DNA from: Narcine bancroftii
Lineage: Eukaryota
NCBI RefSeq assembly: GCF_036971445.1
Contig: NC_091477.1
Coordinates: 31,186,001-31,250,000 of the forward strand
DNA length: 64,000 bases
Reading direction: 5' to 3'
Part shown: one piece after another, positions 38,348 through 50,935 of the stretch
How the letters are laid out: each line of letters opens with the position of its first letter
Numbering within the stretch: position 1 is the first letter of the stretch
The notes under the pieces: generated by a model
Seen by the model: only the letters and a program-made list of their open reading frames with translations
Told to the model about the DNA's origin: nothing
Database searches by the model: none
Made by a program: the position numbers and the translations under genes

Positions 38348-38927
38348 CAGGAAGGCATGCCCAAGGTTTCCTTGTGAAATACGATGGAGAACTGGTGCAC
38401 CTCCTGCTTTTCAGGGAAAGCTACAACAAATGATTTTATTTCACCAGAAAAGGCTGGACTCCTTCAACTGGTTATGCAGCCTTTATGCACGAAAATGGAT
38501 GATGTTTCAGTTAGTTTTTCAGAAGTAGAACAAATGGGGTGGCCCAAATCAGTACTTGCAAGTGTTAGAAACACATTATGCAACTTTGTCAGTGTAATGT
38601 GTGGTAAGCAGCAAGGCTATGGGACAAGTCCAGCACATGTAGAGCAAGAAAATCCATGCTAATTTAAAGTTGAAGAATTCAAAATCAAATCTGTTCTCCA
38701 GTAATTCTAGTTCTTGGAAAAGTTTGGGGAGGATATAATTAAATGTTTTGATTTTTATTATTATTCTTATTACAAATTCTAATTTCTCCATTTTATGAAT
38801 TCTAATCATCAGCGCTAAGTTGTATCCAAGACAAAGCACCTTAATTACCTTAAAGCACCTTAATTACACATTTGGTCAAAAAGCTCACAGTAAATGCCAC
38901 TGTCAGAAATGGGAAGTGTTGACATAC

Positions 38928-39149
38928 CTGTGACTTTATCTATGGTTTCTTCTGTGACATGATTCATCTGATGTACCCATTCACCATTGCATTTGAAGTA
39001 TATCTGTGTGGCTGGTGTTGCTTTGCAGACCAAAGTGACAGGTTTGTTTTTCACAATGTACACATCTTCTGGTTCAACAAGAAAATGAGGCAAGGCTTCT
39101 GAAGAGGAGACTGGGATGGTTTCTGATTGTGTTTCACTGTATTCTGCAT
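38928..39149 (-). CDS. unc5a: Netrin receptor UNC5 (most likely UNC5A) coding exon, N-terminal part of Ig1 (equivalent to exon 2)
   Basis: Translates (D)[73 protein letters not shown](G). [19 protein letters not shown] is UNC5A-like. Acceptor ttttttcccccttcAG|AT, donor ACAG|GTATGT; 222 bp, phase 1-1. Confidence 0.93.
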
Positions 39150-40784
39150 CTGAAGGGGGAAAAAACGTGAGAATTTCATTTTCTTGTTCTTGTAAGAAAA
39201 CAAGGACTTGAGAGGCAGGCATTGCATTACTATCTGACTCAGAAAGATGGTGACGATATTCATTTTTGGGTCAGTGCCAAATTAAGAGCCAATTAATTTA
39301 GTGAGGGTCAAGGAAGGAATAAATCACAAACTATAGGTTTTCTTCCAAAAATGAATCAATCAAGTTAATATAATCCAAAGATTTATTGTAATTTTTAGTG
39401 ATTTCAGTTATCATTGAGGAAATTATTTTTCCAATTTCTCTTGAGCCATTTAAAAATAATCATAGCAAAAAGTTCTTTCCAGTGTTCTTTCTTAAAAAGT
39501 CTTCCATATATTTAATACATTAATTTACTAATTGCAGCATTCAGCAAAAAAAGTGTTCAAGATAGTTTTCCAATTAAGTTTTTGATGATCAAAATATAAT
39601 ACTGATTAAAACACCTAGCTGTAATAACACATCATATAACATGTAACCAATATCTGATGAAATTTTCTCATAACTTTATATTCATTGAATTATGCAGCAT
39701 GGAAATACTACCTCCTACCAAATGTCATATGGGATGTCTATTGAAGCGAATTTTATTTTCTGCATTTGACCCATATCCCTCTCAGCCCTTCCTATACAAG
39801 TACCGGTCCAAATGTCTTTTGAACATAGAAATTATACTCGTCTCCAACACTTTCCCAAGCAGAAAGAACTTCCATCTTAAAGACAGCACAGGAGTTTTCC
39901 ATAACTTTTATGGATACAAATTTTACATTGAGTTTTCACCAATGACTCAGCTCTGCCAATGTGCATTAGCTGACACTGAAAATACATACACTGTATTGTT
40001 TCCCCAATGAGTCAAGACCAGTTTAAATAACATTAAAAGTATCTTTGGCCAAGGTATAATACTGTTTTTAACAATGAATGTGTTTCAGGTGGTCATTACA
40101 AGCTACTGAATTGCAAACTTTACAATGCCACCAATTTTTTGAATTTGCTCAGCATTAATCTGTAATTAACTGAGGTAATTCTCTATCAGGAGATAGAAGA
40201 TCTGTAAGATTATGCTTTTCAAATATTAATTTCTGAAGAATTCCATTCAATGGATAAATTCCATATTTTTTCTTATGTATAGGTCATATTAAAAGAGCCT
40301 CATTTCAAAGTAAATTTTCACCCAATTTTCACCACCACTGAAAATTGCTAGAATAACTTTTTTTTTTAATATACAAAATTCAGTTGTTTTACAGAGGGAA
40401 GATTTGAAATTCCTAAATGGTTATATGGTTATTAGTTTGCAGAGAAAAAAACTAACATGGGCTTGAAAATTCCATTTAAAATTTTACTAGTGAATGCACT
40501 GCACCTAATCGAGTTGACTACATTACATTCCTCAACTGAATTTGAAAAACCCTCAGCATTCTAAAAATTGTCCAGTTCAGATCCAGAAAATTCAATTCTG
40601 ACTCTCAAACACCAGGTCTTGCTGAATTCAGTCCACTAGCCAGACTGAACACCTAGGATTAGCATCTCCTCCCCAATCTTTCCCCTAAGCATGGTGGACT
40701 AAATAAGCTGAACCGAAACACCCAGTAGATATGCTATGAGGTGGATCAGCGATTCCTACCAGTAATGCTCTGACAGCTTGAGCT

Positions 40785-41420
40785 TATTTGTCATCTGATT
40801 GTACCCAACAAAATACCGCTCTCCAGTCAAATGATGCATATACCATTTCCATATGTTAAAATAAATATTTATAATAAATAGTAGAGTTACAGTCTCACTG
40901 TCATGGGAAGAAGCTGTTCCTCAGCCTGTTGGTTTTGGCTCTGATATTTCTGCATTTTTTTCCCCCCAACAAGAGTAGCTCGAAGATGCTATGTGTGGGG
41001 TAGTAAGGGACCTCACTGATTTTTTTTGAGCCCTCTTTAAACAGTGATCCTGGTGAATCCCATTGATGGAGGGAAGGGGTGTGGAGAGGAGGGTGACCCC
41101 AGTGATCCTCTGTTACTTTTGTGGTCCTGTGGATTGTCATCCAATCTGATGCTCTACAGTAATCGTACCACACTATTACAGCCAGCCAGAATGCTCCCAT
41201 TGAAAATTGACAGAATGGTGGCCGATCACCTTGCCCCCCTCAGCCTTCCAAGGAAGTAGTCACTGATGCACCTTCCTGACATGTGAGAGGTTTTGTGTCC
41301 AGGATAGGTCACTTTTAAGTGGACTCTGAGAAACATTGCTCTCCACTACTGAGCTATTAACGTGTAGTTGAGGATGGTGGTCCCTGGTCCTCTTCAAGTC
41401 CACAATTTCCTACTTTGTCT
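40785..41420 (-). mobile_element. Rex1/Babar-like LINE 3' fragment
   Basis: ORF 40901-41200 ends RNIRAKTNRLRNSFFP, a Rex/Babar C-terminal motif. Confidence 0.7.
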
Positions 41421-43871
41421 TGTTCACATTGAGACTTGGGTTTTATTCTCACATCACTTAATGAGATTCTCCTCCTTATCTCTATATTTTGACTGATTGA
41501 TGATGCTGATGGGGCGAATGGGGACTGTATAATAATTTTTTTAACATGTTTGATAGTCAACAAAAAAATAAAGCTTTTTAAACAATCATCTTAAAAATTC
41601 TAACTAATTTAAAATTAAAATCAAGTAAGCACAAGTCTCAATGAAGGGCCCAGGCACGAAACATTGACTGACAACGTCTACCCACGGACGTTGCCTGACC
41701 CGAGTCCCTCCAACTTCTCGATGCTTGCTCCAGATTTCAACATGGGTAATTTTTGAGTTCAAATATTTAGCTCCTGCCCCTCCCCCCTCTCTCACAGGTT
41801 GTTGTTCCCATTCAAATGAACGGATCATTGCGCATATCAGATATTGCTGGCACATAGATAAGTGCCAGGCCTTCTTGAAGAAGAATCATTGCTAAGATGC
41901 TGGATGTGGTCAGTTCTGCAAAGGAAGGGGATATAATTAGAGATCTCAGCCATCAGGATTACCTAACGTCCACCATTTAGTTGTAGCTAAATGGGATTTT
42001 GAGATTTCCTTAAATGTTAAAATTTCTGAGCTAATGCTTGCTCCAACTGGGATTTGCATCTGTACATGATCTGTCATTCTTAATTACAGAAACCCTAATA
42101 AAAGTAGTGGTGTACTGTCATAAATATTAATTAAAATAATAACATTTATATTTTTTTAAATCTGCAATTGAAACATAGGGTTCCTGGTAGGATTATAATG
42201 GCATATTTAACAATTAAATTTTTATTAGAAAATATGATGGATTGAACAAACTATTGTTGACTATTGTTTTAAGCTTTTGTACTGTTTATCATGATGGGCA
42301 AAATTTTACGTAGTTGTGTGGTACCATAGAACTGGTAGATTTTGTATTGATCTGCTAAGCTACTGCAACATGATATAATGTTTGCCTTTTGGTTGCTGCC
42401 GTCAGTTTGCGAGACACTGATTGCATCAATTCATCAATGTAAGATTCAAGTCCAGAAAAAAGAACTCACTGAACCCTTTCCAATATGTTTCATGTATGCA
42501 TTTAACTGTTAATGAAAAATAAATGTTCTGGGACTGATGGCAAATATATAATCACATTCCGTCACTTCAAGAAGCCTGTTGATTATATTTGACAAGTACC
42601 AAGATGGAAAATAAATTAGACACGTTTCACGAAGCACAGTGTATTTTTTCTGTTTCTGAATAGAATATTTATATCATATTACAGCAAATAATAATGTTAC
42701 TAACTTAAATTAAACTGCATTGTTTGTTACTTATTAAAGCTACTCAGGGGGATAAAAACAGAATTCAAATAAAACACTAATAGTGGACCTCAGTGACTTC
42801 ATGAAATGAGTTCATTGTAAAAACAACATTATACCATGGCCCATGGTTTTTTCAAGGTTATTTACATTGGTATGAATTCATCGAAAAAAAATTTCTGCAA
42901 ACAAAGGGAATCAGACATGAATCTCCCCAGTCATCTTGTGAACATTGGCTGCAGACATTCCTGAGAAATGCATGCAAAATTGATAAATTGCTGAAAAGTT
43001 GTTTGGATACGCCTATGCAGTCATAAAAAAACCTGCAGTTTTTGTACTTCAACACCTGCCCAGCCTATAACAGAGAAATAGTAATTTTCTTTTACATTGC
43101 ACTCTCTAATAATATCAATATTTTTAAGAATAATTTTAACATACTCCTCTGGAATTATGAACTATCAGACATAATCTGGGCAATGAAGGACATGCATCAG
43201 GCTGGAGGAGATAAAATAACTTGTACGTACACAGACAGTCAAGTTGAACCTAGCTAGAAATACCATTTATATTGCAGGTCCAAATGGCATCTTCCCTGAG
43301 TGCCACCCGCAACCCTCAGCAGTGCAGAACAATGATCGGCAAACAAACACAGTGTTGTCCATTTCTTCCTCATCAACGTGTGCTTTACTGACACACTCAC
43401 AAAACACAGTGTCATCGATCATCCTTCAAAATGCATTTTATAGATTAGTTCCCCATTTTAAGACAAAGTCTAACAGAAAAAGCTGTATTTTAGAATAAAT
43501 TTGTAAATTTGATGTCGACTTCATGGTGTCCTTTTGTTAATTTTCACCCACTTTATAGGTCAGCCACAGCTCAGTAATATCATTCACTTCTCATTAGATG
43601 GTTTCAAATCCCAGCCGACAGCATAAAACAAGAAATGCGGGCAGGTGGGACATTCAGACCTTGATACCTGCTGTGCAATTCAACATGATCAGGATTGATC
43701 TTCAACCTTACCACCACTTTCAACATTAGATTCCTATATTTCCTTGTTATTTAAAATAAACACATCAACATTCCCCTTGAATGTACTCAGTATCTGAACC
43801 TCTACAGCCTTCTTGGAGAGGACTTCAATGATGTACATAAAATAATATTTTCAATTATTAATCAACAATTA

Positions 43872-44708
43872 TGTAACAGCTACTTTAGAAGATCTAAACT
43901 TGTATACAATTATCTAACTTAAACGTTAACATTACCCGATTATATTGGTGTGCGTGGAATACACCAAACCACTACAGCTCAAGGCTCAATTCTGGGAAGG
44001 CAATTAAAGTTCAAAGTTCAGAAATTTGGTGGTGATGCATGGGCTTGAGATTGATGCGACACAACGGCTTTAGATGGTTGAGGCATGCAAGCCTTAGACA
44101 AATGGTGATACACGTAGATGTTAAAATGATGGGACAGGCAGGCTTTAAATGATGGAGACTCACAGGCCTTAAATGGTGAGACATACTTAGATGGAAGGAG
44201 CAGTTCATAAAGTGGGTGAAAGAGGCTGGGGGCGACAGAAGGTTGATTAACTCACGAAAATCCTTGCTTTGGTACTTCAGGTAAATGTCCCTTTTAAATG
44301 AAGGCCTTCTTCAGCAATTAGAACCCTTTTACAGATCAGTCGAAGTGGAGTGCAATATTTTATCTGCCAATAGAAAACCCTTTTCGTGGGTCAGTCGAGT
44401 ACAGTGTTTCTTCTTCAACTTTAAAACCTTTTTTGTGGGTCAGTCGAAGTGGTTTCTCATCCCTTGGTAAGCAAAAGGAGGAAATCTGTCAATTCTGCCT
44501 ATAGCAACACAATGAGGCCAAGTGGGTTTCTCCATCCCACAAAGGAGATTGAAGAGAAGTTTCTCTTGACTTCTTAAAATGGCCTCTTTATCAAAATGTG
44601 CACCATCATTTTAAGAAGCTAGTGACATGGTCTTTGCTTCAGGGCTTCTCCCCTTCACTGTGCAAAATGTATGAACAAGCTGTCTCTGAAGCCTGGTGCT
44701 TGTTCACA
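43872..44708. mobile_element. Probable LTR-derived element with internal degenerate tandem repeats
   Basis: Begins TGTAAC; ~24-bp units (ggctttaaatgatggagactcaca-like) at 44040-44190 and three aaccctttt..tcagtcga units at 44320-44450. No TSD found. Confidence 0.35.
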
Positions 44709-44819
44709 GTCACTTTCCAAAACCTGTAGGCTTTTGCTAAATCTGGTCTCTTAAAGGGACAGTCCCACACAAATAAAATAAAGTGGAAAATGGTGGGGGG
44801 GGGGGGGGTGTGTGGAAAA

Positions 44820-45520
44820 TGTCACATATGAAATTGCATTTACCATCTGCAGAAATTGCCTGGTGCCCCTTACAGTCAGAGACAAAGGAGGAAAAGGGAG
44901 CCCCAGAGTCACTGAGCGCACATGGATTCACCTTCATTTGGGCTTACACAAACCATCGGCAACCCAAGCTCCAGATCCAAACCTGCAAGATGATCAGCAA
45001 GCCTTTAGCCCCCTCGGCACCGATACATGTTATCCCTTCAGCCAATCTCCAGCAGTCTGTAGCCCAGTGGGTCCCTTAACAGCAGTTATCATCAGCCCAT
45101 AGTCTGCATGGGTTCCTCACCTCAAGTCACCAGCAGCTCGCCATCTGTGTGTTCTTCAGCTGCAAAGCCCCACACTGGACTGCTGCTTTGGTCACCGTCC
45201 CATAGGATCATCTCCTTTGCTTCTCCTTCTCAAACACAAGGTGGTCTCCCCATTACTGGTGCCTTGCACCACTCCTCTGCTTCCCCAGAGTCTGTGACCC
45301 TTTGAGACTGCTGCCGAACATGGGCACTGTCATCTTGAGCCCAGACCCCATGGTCACAAGATTTAAATATAAACCACCATTGGCCACTTAAACCCTGCTC
45401 AGAGCGGATGGTGGACTAGGTTGTTGAACTTTGCAGAGGAGTGCAGCGTCTCTGCTCCCTGCTCTCCGTGGGTCTGCACCAGTGGCAAGACTGCCATTCA
45501 GCAACTCTGACACTGCCTCC
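44820..45520 (-). mobile_element. Reverse copy of the 850-bp non-autonomous family
   Basis: ggtctgcaccagtggcaag and ctccagatccaaacctg are reverse complements of blocks in 31280-32128. Confidence 0.7.
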
Positions 45521-46499
45521 ACTTTGTTCTACCTCTCTATGAAGTCATTTCTTATTGCTTCCATCCTGAATGGCAGACACTATTTGAAGTGTAATCTTTT
45601 GTTTCTAAACACTCTGATTGGAAAATAAGTTAGTAATTTCACATCATTAACTTCAAACACCGTATGGAGACCAATCATACTATTTTGAGCAAGAGACTAC
45701 AGGGCTAGTCTACTTAAATCAACATGCCAAGAATTTATCTGGTGACTCTCCAATTGAAAGTTTCTTTGAGCAGCATTGGCTTTCAACCTTCTACCAGACT
45801 GGATGACCTTGTGCTTTTCCATCTGCCCTGTCCTTACCCTTTCGTTTAGCTTGACAATGTCCACAGAACCTTGCTGTATCTTCCTCATAGCCCATACTGG
45901 TATCAAGTTTGGAATCACCTGTAAACATGCATGATAGAATGAATCCCTTCATCGGGGCCACTGATATATTGAGAATAGTTGGGGTTTCTGAGCACCCTAC
46001 CAAACTGAATTATCATTTGCCTGAAAGATAGATAAATGGCCCATACACAATGTACAAGTTCATTTAAAACATATGGGCAATTAACTCACATTCCTCTTAA
46101 TGTGGTTTCCCAACTCATAACCAACTCACAACTCATGCCTTTGTGGTTTGCTTTATTCTGGTTGAAGATCCAAATTTTGGATTGAAATTGATTCTGTTCA
46201 ATCTTTATACAAATTCTATAATGACAACTCTCAATTAAAGATTTTTCACTGGGAAAAATCATACATTAATCCTTCTTCATTTCATAGTACGAGATCTAAA
46301 ATAGATCTAAATCCCTCACTGGTGCCTTAATGTGCGTGCTGGAAAAAAACAAGCTCTTCAACTCTCCATTATTTTACTCTCCACACTACTGCTGACATAC
46401 TGATTTGCCTCTTATATATGCAGATTAAAATCCCCATGATTATTGTGACATCGCAAACTGTTACATACATCTTTAATTTCCTGATTAACACCATTTCTT

Positions 46500-47130
46500 A
46501 CAGTCCTCATCAAGGGGACAGCAGTGGAGTGGGTCGCGTCAAGAACTTCAAATTCCTTGGTGTCATCATCTTGGAGGATTTGTCCCAGAGCCTATAAGTA
46601 GATGCAATCACAAAGAAGGCTTGCCAGTGGCTATACTTTATGAGGAGTTTGAGGAGATTAATATGTCATCAAAGACTCTCAAAAACGTTGGGTAGCATCA
46701 CTGCTTGGTATGGAGGTGCTGATGCTCAGGACAGGAAAATATACCAGAGGGTTGTTAACTCAGCCTACAACATCACAGATGCCAGCCTTCACTCCATGAC
46801 ATTTGCAAGAGTCGATGTCTTAAGAAAACAACCTCTATCCTCAAAGACCCCCACCACCTAGGCCATGCCCTCTTTACTCTGCTACCATCGAGAAAAAGGT
46901 ACAGGAGCTTGAAGACATGCACTCAGTGGCATAGGACAGCTTCTTCCATTCTGCAATCAGATTTATGAATGAAAAATGAACCAAAGACATTACCTCATTT
47001 TGACCATTTCTTTTTCTTACACTATTTTATTTATTTATTTTGAAATGTGGTTAATAGAAATGTTTGCACTGTGATTCTACCACTAAACAACACATCTAAT
47101 GACCTGTTCATGACAATAAATTCTGATTCT
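46500..47130 (+). mobile_element. Rex1/Babar-like LINE 3' fragment
   Basis: AVEWVASR/NFKFLGV, LYFMRSLRR and SITAWYG remnants; tail atgacaataaattctgattct. Confidence 0.75.
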
Positions 47131-48439
47131 AACCATTACTGGTACTTCTTGGAGACATATTTAATATTTTCATTCCTTTGCTGCTCATTTGCTCTACCCA
47201 AACTGATTTTTTTTTTTGCTTTGAGCAAAGATCTTTTCTCTTGACTGTTTTTAATCCAATTCTTTAAATATCAGGGGTACTCCATCTGTTACTTTCTAAT
47301 AACTATGTAACCATGATTATTTAATTCACATCCCTGGAACTTTGTAATCACAAACCTATAACAGCCATTAGATTGAACATTTTATTTTATATATACCATT
47401 AATTCGTATATCATTTTATGAAAGGTATGCACATTGAGATAAACAATCTCTTTCATCACTGTTTCTTTGCTCATTCTCGAAGTTCCTAATTTTTCATTCA
47501 CTATAAATTGCCCTTTACTAGATTAAAGTCTTATCTATAATCCTAGTTGCTTGACTTGGTAATGACAATGGATGCAGCTCACTTCAAATGAAGCCTGTCC
47601 CAATGGAGTGGCTCCCTCTCATTTTTTGAACACCAATCTCTGAGTCACATATTCAATCCTCTGAATGGATTTATGGATGCTAATTTGTATCTGGCTCTTG
47701 GTATATTAATTTAGTTTAACAAATTTATTAGCAGAGATCAGTTCCATAGTGATACTACTTCAATCAATCTGTTCTAGATGGTTACCCAATTTCCTGGGAG
47801 AATATGGCAATATATTTATTACTTGTTTATCATTCCAATTTAAACATTAAAGGTGAATTGAATGCAAATGAAAATCTCAATTTAACAACCAAGTATTTAC
47901 TTACTAAATCCATATTCTGTGGCCACTGCTCTCAGTGTCAGATTAACTACCACCCGGGCCCCAAGGCTGAGCTTTAGTAAGGTTCGCCCTGACTTTGGGC
48001 CCCCCCCCCCAACTCACCCCACCCTTCATTGAATAAGTTACATTAAATAACTTATTAGAAGTCTCCAAAGTGGTCAATATTGCCCCCTGGGGGTTCAATG
48101 GGATTATCCAAGGGGTTAAAAAAATGGCAGGAGTTTGAAAAATGCCACAGAGGGTTGCGGGGGTGGGGGGGGGGAGTGGGGGGTGTACATTGAACTTTTG
48201 GGGTCGAAAGAATTGTAGAGCCCGAAGTACCTGCTCCTGCCCAGGAGCCCCATGCCGCTGCTCCAGCCGGGAGTCTGACACTCCTGCTCCTGCCAGGAGT
48301 CCCTTCCTTCTGGGCCTCTAGGCTTAGACATCAACTGCTCTTGAAATGTGGTGTGCTAAAATGTAAACTTTAGAACCACTTCAGAACACATTGACCAGGA
48401 AAAAGTTGTAGTCCATTGTCTTTCAATTAAAGAGTTGTC

Positions 48440-48520
48440 TACTCAACAGGATATCATTTATCCCAAAGCATTATTTGAAGAAGGGAATAATCCTGGTGCA
48501 TTTGCAACTATTTATGTAAG
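48440..48520 (+). mobile_element. Possible Deu-domain SINE remnant
   Basis: atcccaaagcattatttgaagaagggaataatcctggtgcatttgcaactatttat resembles the DeuSINE central domain. Confidence 0.3.
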
Positions 48521-50572
48521 AGATGTAACAGCTTTTTATATACATTTACTCCATCAATTTAGAAGCCATGCATTCAAATTGCAGAATTGAACATTTATAG
48601 GAGTTACTCATGAAAAACACATTTTAATTGCAACACATTTGCCACATATGAAGGGTGCTTTCAAGGTAATAATCATCCAGCAAAAGCTACGCGATGTTTC
48701 CATCATCAAGTCAATGATTCTTGTGGCTGTTAACAGTGTTGAAGCTGTTTGAAGATTTAACATTGTCTGAAATTAGTAGAAATTTTAAATCAACCCATAC
48801 AGAGTTACATTTTTAATGTGATTTAAAAAGCCCTTTATAACTGTTCCCCATAACAAGACAAAGTTAATAGCTTTTTATAAGTGTGGATAATATAAATAAT
48901 GACTGCAATGTTACAATAAATGAAACTAACTTATTTCAAAGAGCAATATCTGATTTTGCTTTCCTATTCAATAATCTGAACAGGCATTGTTATGCAGCTT
49001 ACAAAATAGAGTACCAAGGATGATTTTATTTTTCCTAACATGCATTTTCAGGGTTTATTGCTCTTGTTCATGTTGTCCTGTACATATTGTCCAAATCCCT
49101 TTGATAAAGATGGGGTCAATGATTACTATATTGTAATAGTTTGTTAATAATTGCCCAGCTTTCTTGTAAATAAAGTAAGTGGCATAATGCCTGAGGCATA
49201 TGGGAGCATCATTCATCCCTGCATGGGAGCCCAATGCAACTTTTGAAAGATTTGCAGAACAACCATTGGCATTTGAAGACAGACCATAAAAGAGTTGTTG
49301 TAAGATACCTAAATTCTGCTCCCTTCACCCACCAAATTACAATAATTGACTTTATGTGGAAAATCCAGGATATCACATTTTGAGCACGAATTATATTTGA
49401 TAATGACAAGAGCAAAGACACCAATTTTCAGTTTGAGATTGAACGTAATTATGGAAGTTGCAAGAACAATGTAGGGAAACAGGAGCAGCAGTAAACCAGA
49501 TAGCCTCTCAACTTGTTCGGGCATTTTGCAACTTTGATTAAATTTCTACAAGGACCCCACTCCTTTCACCTAAAGATCAAGATCCTGCTAATTGTTCTGT
49601 ATACAATACACACAAAACACACTTTCCTCTGCTTGACCTGCAAAGGCACACAGAGAGGCACTCACCAGAGAGGCGACCATTAAGACAAGAAAGAGAAGCT
49701 AATGAGTCCCTTTAGAGATAGAATGTTTGTAGATCCTGCCACTTTCTTCGACATTGCCATCTCCTGTGCCCTCTGTCCAGTCTTTAAGGTAAATCAGAGC
49801 TCAAGTCATTTGGGTCACTCTTCCTGGCCTATGGTTCTAAAAAACCCCTGAAGTAATTTGGAAGCTGTTAGCACCAAGGGTCTATTGGGAGTCTTGCTCT
49901 TGAGTCTTAGTACCCCTTTCCCAGAAGGCAGTTTTTGGCAGCTTGCGGTCTGTTGTAAGGCCTTCAGCTACCAAGCCCCGTGCTGGTCTGTTACCACAAT
50001 TTTCTACCCTGCTAGACTCCTCTCCTGGGCTTCTTTTCAAGCAAGGGGATTTGAGGTGCTGAATCTGTTGCTTCCACAGAGCTGGCAGCTTTGGGAACTG
50101 AATGTGTAGGTACTGCCATTTTGGTTTCAGACCTCCGAGGATGGAAAAGCTGCTGCTGACCTCAGTCTGCATGGGGCCCAAGCGATGGACAGACAGTAAA
50201 CAAGAATGCTGCAGGGGAGCCTTGTAAAACTGTGTCTTTATACCCTTCTCGAGTCTTCACCAGCAGCAGAGGTGGTGTTTTATTTTCAATGGTAGTGGGG
50301 ATCAATGCTGACCTATAAATACATGGGAGCCTTCATGAAAACAAACATGGTCACACCAAATTAATTCCAGTTGCCAGGATTTTTCACTGCAATCATACAG
50401 CATCTTGGTGAGAGCAGCTGGAACATTATCCAATACTTAGTTTTGGCCTCCTTACCCAAAGATAGACCTGGCATAGAGGGGCTCTTGCAAATGTTCACCA
50501 GACTTTGGTATCTGAATGGTTGGACTTCCTCATGAGAAGAGAGAAAGTTGATCAGGTTTGTATTCACTAGAC

Positions 50573-50935
50573 CAATGGTTCTCAACCATTTTCTTTTCAC
50601 TCACATACCACTTTAAGTAATCCCTATGCCATCAATGTTTGGTAAGGGATTGGTTAAGGTGGCATGTGAGTAAGAATGGAAGGTTGAGAATCACTGCTCA
50701 AGACCCAAATTTTACTGAAATATTTTGCTTGAGAAAAATTGTCACTGGTCCATTTCCTTTGGAGTTATGAAACCATGCACATAATGAGTCAATTAGGTAC
50801 AATTAAAGCAGTGGTTTTTCAATTTTTTTTCTTTCCACCCACATAAGCAACCCCTTACTAATTACAGAGCACCTATGGCATAGGGAATACTTAAAATGGT
50901 ATGTGAGTGGGGGAAAAAAAGGTTGTGAACCACTG
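50573..50935. mobile_element. hAT (Charlie-like) composite MITE inserted in a CR1 fragment (~50390-51130)
   Basis: TIRs CAATGGTTCTCAACC / GGTTGTGAACCACTG; 8-bp TSD CACTAGAC (50565-50572) / CACTAGAA (50936-50943); two internal TIR-bounded units. Confidence 0.85.

Larger units (their letters stand above)
14458..38927 (-). other. UNC5A intron (24,470 bp) between the two Ig1 exons
   Basis: GT...AG bounded, phase 1; joining the flanking exons gives a continuous UNC5 Ig1 sequence. Confidence 0.85.

Noticed and set aside
38833-38867. Short direct duplications (aaagcaccttaattac x2; also 17272-17294 and 63742-63782)
   Set aside because: Ordinary slippage-type microduplications with no further structure.
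38860-39222. 120-aa single-exon ORF
   Set aside because: The ORF is the UNC5A exon plus intronic read-through on both sides.
44320-44460. CRISPR-like repeat-spacer array
   Set aside because: Only three non-identical short repeats, a eukaryotic context and no cas genes.
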